From Planctomycetota bacterium (GTDB lineage: Bacteria; Planctomycetota; UBA1135; UBA2386): a stretch of DNA of 54,408 nt. How positions within the stretch are numbered: the stretch's first letter is position 1; each line of letters begins with the position of its first letter. The stretch is taken from positions 5,526 through 59,933 of the forward strand of contig JAPYTD010000022.1 of assembly GCA_029936315.1 (NCBI GenBank), given 5' to 3'. The notes beneath the pieces were generated by a model that saw nothing but the letters and a program-made list of their open reading frames with translations, was not told where the DNA came from and did no database searches. Both the position numbers and the translations under genes were made by a program. Below, in pieces: positions 47,788 through 54,408 of this stretch.

Positions 47788-49356
47788 CTACCGCGGGCCG
47801 CGGTTGACCTCGACGGCCCAAGTCATCTTCTTGGTCCACACAACCTTACCGGCCTTGTCGAACTCACGAACGCGCGTGGTCTCGGCGACGATCGTGTGAC
47901 CATTGGGCAACCGGTCGGCGTCGCTGGGTGACGAAAGGCCGGTGACCTGCCAGACGATCTCGCCGTTTGGGCTGTATTCGGCGATCGTGCCTTTGTTGCG
48001 CAGGGTCACGAGAGTGTTGCCGTTGGGCAGGCGGTCGGCGTCGTGCACGTTGGGCACTCCGCCAAGTTCCCAGACGATCCTGCCAGCACGGTCGACTTCG
48101 ATCACGCGATCCTGGAGCACGTCCGCGATCAGGACCGTGCCAACGTTGGTCGCCTCTGCATCAAACGGGCGAATGTCATTGTCGTAGGTCCAAACGACCT
48201 TGCCCTGTTGGCTGACTTCGATGACCCGGCCGCCAAACGTGTCGGCGATCAGCGTGTTGCCGTTGGCGAGTCGCTGCGCGCAGTACGGGTTCTTGAGCTT
48301 CTCATACGTCCAGACCACCTTGCCCTTGCGCGTGATCTCCTGCACTCGGCTGACGCTGAACTCGACGATCAGCAAGTTGCCGTTGGGCAGGATGTCCGCG
48401 TCCCATGCGCCGAAGATCTCGTCCCAGGACGCGATCTCCTTGCCTTGAGCATCCACCTCGACGACGCGGTTCTCGGAGTAGTCCGCGATGATCGTGGTGG
48501 CGGGTTTCGGCGTGCGCATTGGTTTGGCCTTCATGGCTTGCTTGGGAGCAGGCTGCCAACGGCTGACTTCCACAGCCCAGACCATCTCCTTCGCCCAGAC
48601 GACCTTCTTGGTGCGGTCGAACTCGCGAACGATCTTGTTCTCGGCGACGATCGTGTTGCCATTGGGTAAGCGATCGGCATCGCTGGGGTGTGCAAGGTCG
48701 AACAGGCTCCAGACGATCTCGCCCTTGCCGTTGACCTCCATGACGGTGCCCGTAGCCCGCAGCGTGATCAGCGTGTTGCCGTTAGCCAGGCGATCGGCGT
48801 CGTGGGGCGTCGGCAACTCGCCGATCTCCCAGACGATCTCGCCTTCTCGATTCACTTCAATGACTCGGTTGTTGAGCACATCTGTGATCAGCACCGTGTT
48901 GGTTGGGGTCAACTCGGCGTCGAACGGGCGGATGTTCTTGTCGAACCTCCAGACGACCACGCCAACCGGGTCGACCTCGATGACTTCCGAGGCAAACGTG
49001 TTCGCGATCAGGGTGTTGCCGTTGGCGAGCCGCTGCGCGCTGTATGGGTTCTTGAGCTTGCCGTAGGACCAGACGCTGTTGCCATCACGGTCTAGCTCGC
49101 TGACCCGACTGACACTGAACGCAACGACCAGGATGTTGCCGTTGGGCAGATAGTTCGCGTCCCACACGCCGAAGATATCCGCCCACTCGGCGCACTCCCG
49201 GCCATTGCGGTCGACTTCGACGACGCGGTTGGCGGAGTAGTCGGCAATCAGCGAGTTGCCGGGCTTCTGCTGGAGAACGGGGTCGAGTGTCAGTGCGGTG
49301 CAGCCAGCGACACTCAAGCCCACGATCATCGAGACACCGGTCATGCAACGGTTCAT
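47788..49356 (-). CDS. Lipoprotein with two tandem beta-propeller domains (PQQ/arylsulfotransferase-like repeats)
   Basis: Lipobox VAGC; two near-identical ~235-aa halves built of ADRLPNGNTL...V.E...G.VVW blades. Confidence 0.8.
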   Translation of the reverse strand: MNRCMTGVSMIVGLSVAGCTALTLDPVLQQKPGNSLIADYSANRVVEVDRNGRECAEWADIFGVWDANYLPNGNILVVAFSVSRVSELDRDGNSVWSYGKLKNPYSAQRLANGNTLIANTFASEVIEVDPVGVVVWRFDKNIRPFDAELTPTNTVLITDVLNNRVIEVNREGEIVWEIGELPTPHDADRLANGNTLITLRATGTVMEVNGKGEIVWSLFDLAHPSDADRLPNGNTIVAENKIVREFDRTKKVVWAKEMVWAVEVSRWQPAPKQAMKAKPMRTPKPATTIIADYSENRVVEVDAQGKEIASWDEIFGAWDADILPNGNLLIVEFSVSRVQEITRKGKVVWTYEKLKNPYCAQRLANGNTLIADTFGGRVIEVSQQGKVVWTYDNDIRPFDAEATNVGTVLIADVLQDRVIEVDRAGRIVWELGGVPNVHDADRLPNGNTLVTLRNKGTIAEYSPNGEIVWQVTGLSSPSDADRLPNGHTIVAETTRVREFDKAGKVVWTKKMTWAVEVNRGPR

Positions 49357-49372
49357 AGGTGATCCCTTTGTG

Positions 49373-49452
49373 CTAGCGCGGGTAGCGGTTGACCTCGATG
49401 GCCCAGGTCATTTGCTTGGTCCAGATCAGCTTCTTGTTCTTATCGTCATCAT
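49373..49452 (-). pseudogene. Deletion remnant of a paralogous beta-propeller gene
   Basis: DKNKKLIWTKQMTWAIEVNRYPR* nearly matches the C-terminus of the adjacent gene (DKAGKVVWTKKMTWAVEVNRGPR*). Confidence 0.75.
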
Positions 49453-50399
49453 GCCAGCGAGAGGCCCGGAACCCGCGCCACGATCTCGGCCAGACGTGTG
49501 CGGCACTCGGCTTGGGTGCCGTCGGGCTCTGGGATCGCAAACCGGTGCACTTTGGTGAAGCCGAACGCGGCCTCCGTCTTGGTCCATCGGCGCACTTCTT
49601 CTTCGACGGCGCGCAGGAGGACTTCGTCGTCTTTGGGCAGCTCGTTGCCAGCCGTTTCGACACGCACGAGGAAGCGATCCGGCATCGAACGATTCGGGAA
49701 CACATTCGTGCAGAAGATCATTTCGGCGAGTGGGCTCTCAAGTTCTGGGTGGGGGAGCACGCCATAGCCCTGCAGTTCGGGCGCGTCTTTGCTAAGGCCG
49801 CCAAGCCAGACGAATGCCCGTTCGGATGTCGATTCGCGCTCGGCGACGACCGGCAGTTCGGGCTCGAACGCGCCGAGAATGCGGGCGGCGTCGCACGTGG
49901 ATACGGCCAGCACGACCTCCTTGGTCTCGAGTTCGCTTGGCACTTCGCCGCCGAGCGTGACCACGAAGCCGCCACCTTCCTGCGGTTGCACTTGCGTTAC
50001 GGCGCGACCAAGGCGCAGGCAGCCGTCTAACTCACGGCGATAGGCCTGCACGAGGTCCTCACAGCCAGTTGCGAACGAGAACGGCTCGGGCTCGACGCGC
50101 AGCGCACGGAGGTTGTCGCCATCGAACAACCAGCCGGTTTTCCCTTCCGGTTTGCTGCCGATTCTGCGTGGTGGTTTTTTCAGCAGTTCGAGGTGCGGCG
50201 CGAGATCGTCGTCGGTGAACGCAAAGGGGCCGAGTTCACAGGTGAAGCCATTGCTTCGCTGCGTACGCACGTCGTTGCCCGGCCACGCTTGACGATCGAC
50301 GACGAGCGTTTGCGCACCCTTGTGGTGGGCACGAGTGCGCAGCGCCGTTTGCAGGCCTCGAAGCCCGCCACCGACCACGGTGATATCGAATTGTGTCAT
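49449..50399 (-). CDS. Shortened protoporphyrinogen/coproporphyrinogen oxidase (HemY)-like flavoprotein
   Basis: VVGGGLRGL, RT..SNGFTCELGPFAF, FSFATG, GYGVL, VFPNR, AIP; only 316 aa; start placed at ATG 50399. Confidence 0.65.
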   Translation of the reverse strand: MTQFDITVVGGGLRGLQTALRTRAHHKGAQTLVVDRQAWPGNDVRTQRSNGFTCELGPFAFTDDDLAPHLELLKKPPRRIGSKPEGKTGWLFDGDNLRALRVEPEPFSFATGCEDLVQAYRRELDGCLRLGRAVTQVQPQEGGGFVVTLGGEVPSELETKEVVLAVSTCDAARILGAFEPELPVVAERESTSERAFVWLGGLSKDAPELQGYGVLPHPELESPLAEMIFCTNVFPNRSMPDRFLVRVETAGNELPKDDEVLLRAVEEEVRRWTKTEAAFGFTKVHRFAIPEPDGTQAECRTRLAEIVARVPGLSLA

Positions 50400-50490
50400 G
50401 AACGCAGATAACTTTGCCGACACGAAAATGCGATGACAACAAGCTTTGCGTGTCGGAATGCCGATCTCATGCTTGGCCCCCTGCTCGTCC

Positions 50491-52431
50491 ATGGCTCAAC
50501 ACAAAGCTCGCACCACCTGTAACCGAGACTGCCCCGACGCGTGCGGCATTATCGCTACGCTCGATGACGGCGTTGTCACCAAGCTGGAAGGTGATCCCGC
50601 CCATCCGGTGACCAAGGGCTTCCTGTGCTTCCGCACGAGTCGCTTCCCTGAGTTGATGGCATCCTCGGTGCGGGTGGCGCAGCCAATGGTGCGACGCAAC
50701 AACCGCCTCGAACCGGCGACTTGGGAAGTTGCGCTCAGCTTGATCGCCGCGAAGCTGGTGCAGGTTCGTGAGGAGTCGGGCGCGGAAGCCATCTTCCACT
50801 ACCGCGCGGGAGGGTCGCTCGGGATCCTCAAGCACATGACGGACTTGCTCTTCGACGAGTTCGGTCCGTGCACGACCAAGGTTGGTGACGTCTGTTCGGG
50901 TGCCGGAGAAGCGGCGCAACAAACCGACTTCGGTACGAGTGACAGCAACGACCTGTTTGACCTGCTCAACAGCAAGCACATTGTGTTGTGGGGCAAGAAC
51001 CCGCGCGTAAGCAACGTGCATCTTGTGCCCGTTCTCAACGACGCGAAGAAGGGTGGCACCCAGATCGTTTCGATCGATCCCCTGCATCACAAGTCGAGCA
51101 GCCTCGCCGACTGTTCGATGCAGCTACGGCCTGGCAGTGACTATGAACTTGCGATGGGCGTGGCGCGGGTGTTGTTTGACAGTTGCCAGGTGCACCCCGA
51201 TGCGCCTGATTACTGCGACAACTTCGATGCGTATCGCGCGCTCGTGCATCAGTGTGATGTCGCGCAGTGGGCGGCGAAGACGGACCTGTCGGAAGCCGAT
51301 GTTCGGCTGCTTGCCGAGCGCTTTGCCGAAGGGCCGACTGCGATCTTGGTTGGTTGGGGCATGCAACGGCGGCAACGCGGTGGCGCCATCGTGCGCGCAC
51401 TGGACGCACTGTGTGCGATCTCCGGCAACCTGTTTCGTTCGGGTGGCGGCGTTTCGTTCTACTTCGCGCGCCGCAAGTCCTTCCGTGCGTTCGGGCCCGT
51501 AGTCAAGCATCCGCGCACGATCCGCGAACCGTTGCTGGGCCAAGACATGCTCGCGGCGGATCCGCCTATCCGCGTCATGTGGGTCACGGCTGGCAATCCG
51601 GTTTCGATGCTGCCCGACGCCAAAAACGTCGCGAAGGCGATTGAGCAGACCGAGTTCGTGGTGGTCGCAGACTGCCTGATGACCGATACGGCGCGTCGTG
51701 CTGATGTCGTCTTGCCGATCCCGACTCTGCTCGAAGACAGCGACCTGCTGGGCTCGTACGGCCATCACTGGATTGCGGAGTCGCAGCCGGTAGTGGCGGC
51801 ACCTTCCGGCGTGCGTCATGAAGTGCGCATCTTCCAGGACCTGGCCAAGCGTCTTGGTCTCGAAGACTACCCGCAGGCGAGCATTGACCAACTCAAGCGA
51901 AAGGCGTTGGCAACGGTCTCTGGGCAGGGCGCGGGACTGGACTCGTTGCGTCGTTCGGGTGCGTTGCGCAGTCCCTTGGCCAGTCCGCTGTTGTTTTCCG
52001 ACGGTCGCGTGCTGACGAAGAGCGGTCGCGTACAGTTGCTCGATGTGGCGCCGGATGAGGTACAGACGTCGGCGCCGCCCGCCAAGAATTCGTCCAGCGA
52101 GCCGTTGTGGTTGTTCTCCAACTCCACGGCGAAGAGCCAAGGTTCGCAGTGGGTTGGCGACGGCCTAGGCGACCGGTCGTGGATCAAAGTGCATCCCGAC
52201 GCGTTGCCCGGCATCGCCGAAGGCACGATCGTGAAGGTTGCGAGCACGACCGGCGAGATCGAAGTCGAACTGCGCCACGACGCACAGCAGCGCGTCGATG
52301 TCGCGATTATGCCGAAGGGCGGCCACTTCGATCGCGGCCAGAGCGCCAATGTGCTGATCGCCGCCCGCGCTACGGATGTCGGGCTCGGCGCTGCCTATCT
52401 GGACTGCCTGGTCCGCATCGGACCGCGGTAG
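50491..52431 (+). CDS. Molybdopterin-dependent oxidoreductase with N-terminal 4Fe-4S cluster
   Basis: CNRDCPDAC..GFLC, DVC (putative Mo ligand), VLWGKNP, GWGMQR, TDTARRADVVLP; no Tat signal. Confidence 0.9.
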   Translation: MAQHKARTTCNRDCPDACGIIATLDDGVVTKLEGDPAHPVTKGFLCFRTSRFPELMASSVRVAQPMVRRNNRLEPATWEVALSLIAAKLVQVREESGAEAIFHYRAGGSLGILKHMTDLLFDEFGPCTTKVGDVCSGAGEAAQQTDFGTSDSNDLFDLLNSKHIVLWGKNPRVSNVHLVPVLNDAKKGGTQIVSIDPLHHKSSSLADCSMQLRPGSDYELAMGVARVLFDSCQVHPDAPDYCDNFDAYRALVHQCDVAQWAAKTDLSEADVRLLAERFAEGPTAILVGWGMQRRQRGGAIVRALDALCAISGNLFRSGGGVSFYFARRKSFRAFGPVVKHPRTIREPLLGQDMLAADPPIRVMWVTAGNPVSMLPDAKNVAKAIEQTEFVVVADCLMTDTARRADVVLPIPTLLEDSDLLGSYGHHWIAESQPVVAAPSGVRHEVRIFQDLAKRLGLEDYPQASIDQLKRKALATVSGQGAGLDSLRRSGALRSPLASPLLFSDGRVLTKSGRVQLLDVAPDEVQTSAPPAKNSSSEPLWLFSNSTAKSQGSQWVGDGLGDRSWIKVHPDALPGIAEGTIVKVASTTGEIEVELRHDAQQRVDVAIMPKGGHFDRGQSANVLIAARATDVGLGAAYLDCLVRIGPR

Positions 52432-54407
52432 GGCGTGTTGTCGCGCGACGAGTTGTCACGGGTCTGGCCCCGGGCGCCACGAAAGTTGCCGCCACCATGC
52501 GAGTTGCCGCCACCGTGGAAGTTGCCGCCACCGTGCGGGTTGCTGCCACTGTGAGAGTTGCTGTTGTGACGCGCGCGGTCGAACGTCTCGCGGTGGATGA
52601 TCAGGTGCGGGTCGCGGCGATCGCGACGCTGCACGCGTTGCGCGAAGTCGTCGGCAATCGAGTTGGAGACTTCAAACGTGCTGTCGTTGCTGTCCATCGA
52701 GATTGAGCCGATCATGTTGCTCGGCACATCGCCACGGCGGCAAATGTGAGCCATGATGCGGCTCGGGTTGGCGCCATCACGCGGACCCCAGTTGATGCGG
52801 AAGCGCGTGAAGCCAGCTTCCGGCGCACGCACTTCCTGGCGGTTGGGCTTCTGCCACGATGGGGCGGAGCCGGGTTGGCCACGGTTCTCGCTTCTCAGCT
52901 TGGGGAACGACTTGTTGTTGCCGAAGCTTGCCGGCTTCTGCTCGTCGCCTGAAGACGTGAAGTTGCGCGGCGTGAAGTTGCGCGGCGCATCCTCACGATG
53001 GGCTGACTCCGGCCTCGGTCGAATCAAGTCGAATGGTTCGCGCGTCGTCGTCATCGTCTTGGCGAGCAGTAGCGCGACGACTTCGACGGGGTCACGCTCG
53101 CGCAGCAAGTTAGCCGCCATGGCCCTTTTTTCGGGTGTGGCCGCCGGAGCAGCCGTCAGCATCGTCAACGCATCGCCTTCGGCGCGCTCGAGTTGCTTTT
53201 TGTTGATCACTTCCGCTGTCGGGGCCCAGACCCAGCGCGCCTCGAGGCGCAGCATGCGGAACAGGCGGGTCGTGCGGCCGGCGCGCGACTTCGGCACGAG
53301 CAGCACGCTCTTGCCCTTCTGCCCGGCGCGACCAGTTCGGCCACTGCGATGCACGTAGGTAGCGCTATCGATCGGCAGCTCGACGTGGACGACCATCGTC
53401 ACCGACGGGATGTCGAGCCCGCGCGCCGCGACGTCGGTCGCGATCAGCGTCTTGGTGCGGCCACTGCGGAACGCGGCGAGGGTGCGCGTGCGTTGTGCCT
53501 GGGCCAGGTCGCCGTTGATGGCTGCTGCGGCGAAGCCGTCGCCGGCCAGCTTGTCGGCCATGCGGGTCGTTTCTTCGCGCGTGCGCACAAACACCAGCGT
53601 GCGCTCATCGCCCGCCATCAACAGCATGTTGACGACGGCCTGGTAGTGTTCGCGGTCGCCGATGCGGCATGCGACGTGTTCGATGTCGTCGTGGGCTTCG
53701 CCCGGAGCCGTGCCCTGGATTTGGATCGGCTGGTTTTGGAAGCGATTGGCCAGCGCCAGCACTGCCGGCGGGAACGTTGCCGAGACAAGGTGGGTGCGAC
53801 GTTCTTCCGGCAGGCACTCGAGGATGCCGTCGAGTTCGTCCTTGAAGCCGAGGTCGAGCATCTGGTCTGCTTCGTCGAGCACGAGTTGTGAGACCGAAGA
53901 GATGTCGACCGAGCCGCGGCGAAGGTGGTCGAGCAAACGGCCCGGCGTGCCGACCAGCACCGATGGCTTGCGGCGCAGACGCAGGCGTTCGCGGTCGAGG
54001 CTTGTGCCACCGGTCACGACTTCGCAAGCCACGCCGCTCAGGTCGGCGAACAGCCACGCGAGCTCTTCCTTGACCTGCATCGCGAGTTCGCGCGTTGGCG
54101 CAATGATCAGTGTCGTAGGTCCAACGCGATCCCGGTCGCAGACTCGCTCGGCGAGTGCGAAACCAATCGCGACCGTTTTGCCCGAACCCGTCTGGGACGA
54201 CATCCGCAGGTCACGTCGGCCATCGTCGGCGTCGGCGACTGCCTGCTGGACAGCGGTGAGCTTCTCGAATCCGCGGCGCTTCAGCGCCGGCGCGAGTGCT
54301 TCGGGAGCCCCGGCAAGAGGATCCGGAGTGCTCTCGGTGGTCGGATCGCTCTGGTTCGAATCGCATGGTGTCGAATCGCATGGTGCCGAATCGCATGGTG
54401 CCGAATC
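52395..54407 (-). CDS. DEAD-box RNA helicase with DbpA-type RNA-binding domain (5' end outside window)
   Basis: Frame is open to the window edge and includes the Q motif GFEKLTAVQ upstream of 54203; then SQTGSGKT, PTRELA, DEAD, SAT, HRSGRTGRAG. Confidence 0.93.
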   Translation of the reverse strand, partial: DSAPCDSAPCDSTPCDSNQSDPTTESTPDPLAGAPEALAPALKRRGFEKLTAVQQAVADADDGRRDLRMSSQTGSGKTVAIGFALAERVCDRDRVGPTTLIIAPTRELAMQVKEELAWLFADLSGVACEVVTGGTSLDRERLRLRRKPSVLVGTPGRLLDHLRRGSVDISSVSQLVLDEADQMLDLGFKDELDGILECLPEERRTHLVSATFPPAVLALANRFQNQPIQIQGTAPGEAHDDIEHVACRIGDREHYQAVVNMLLMAGDERTLVFVRTREETTRMADKLAGDGFAAAAINGDLAQAQRTRTLAAFRSGRTKTLIATDVAARGLDIPSVTMVVHVELPIDSATYVHRSGRTGRAGQKGKSVLLVPKSRAGRTTRLFRMLRLEARWVWAPTAEVINKKQLERAEGDALTMLTAAPAATPEKRAMAANLLRERDPVEVVALLLAKTMTTTREPFDLIRPRPESAHREDAPRNFTPRNFTSSGDEQKPASFGNNKSFPKLRSENRGQPGSAPSWQKPNRQEVRAPEAGFTRFRINWGPRDGANPSRIMAHICRRGDVPSNMIGSISMDSNDSTFEVSNSIADDFAQRVQRRDRRDPHLIIHRETFDRARHNSNSHSGSNPHGGGNFHGGGNSHGGGNFRGARGQTRDNSSRDNTPYRGPMRTRQSR
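52485..52556. repeat. Four 18-bp tandem units encoding HGGGN-type hexapeptides
   Basis: gttgccgccaccatgcga / gttgccgccaccgtggaa / gttgccgccaccgtgcgg / gttgctgccactgtgaga. Confidence 0.85.
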
Positions 54408-54408
54408 G
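54357..54408. repeat. 15-bp tandem repeat CGAATCGCATGGTG(C/T), at least 3.5 copies, running off the window
   Basis: Read directly; encodes DSAPC/DSTPC in the helicase frame. Confidence 0.9.

Noticed and set aside
50491-52431. Selenocysteine formate dehydrogenase
   Set aside because: The putative Mo ligand is an ordinary Cys codon (DVC, TGT), there is no in-frame TGA, and the FDH motif CH/UH is absent.
54357-54408. CRISPR array
   Set aside because: The 15-bp units are directly adjacent with no unique spacers and lie in a coding frame; no cas genes seen.
1-54408. Prophage, IS element or defence island
   Set aside because: No integrase, transposase, phage structural, nuclease or methylase motifs recognised; composition looks uniform.

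Overview
GC-rich (roughly 60-65% by eye), densely coding bacterial chromosomal segment. It is probably from a Planctomycetota member; this is inferred from the HEAT-VWA proteins, the ECF/zf-HC2 pair and the secreted protein types, not from a marker gene. No rRNA, tRNA, CRISPR array, integrase or transposase was recognised. Housekeeping content: prfB (split by the +1 frameshift site), purH, yggS, nth, an osmoprotectant-type ABC transporter, modABC, etfBA, a lysine-riboswitch-controlled M20-lysC-dapB-dapA-dapD operon, a DegT aminotransferase, an expanded GlmS, a molybdopterin oxidoreductase and a DEAD-box helicase. The strongest hidden signal is a DsbD-family gene that the ORF track splits in two. 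An in-frame TGA sits exactly at the first Cys of the thioredoxin motif (N-U-G-S-C) and is followed by a hairpin matching the bacterial SECIS pattern, pointing to a selenocysteine DsbD with a duplicated N-terminal domain. Other notable items: a coupled MDR dehydrogenase / divergent SAH-hydrolase-like pair, a degenerate HemY-like protein, a candidate structured RNA, and several intergenic gene stubs suggesting deletion-driven gene loss.
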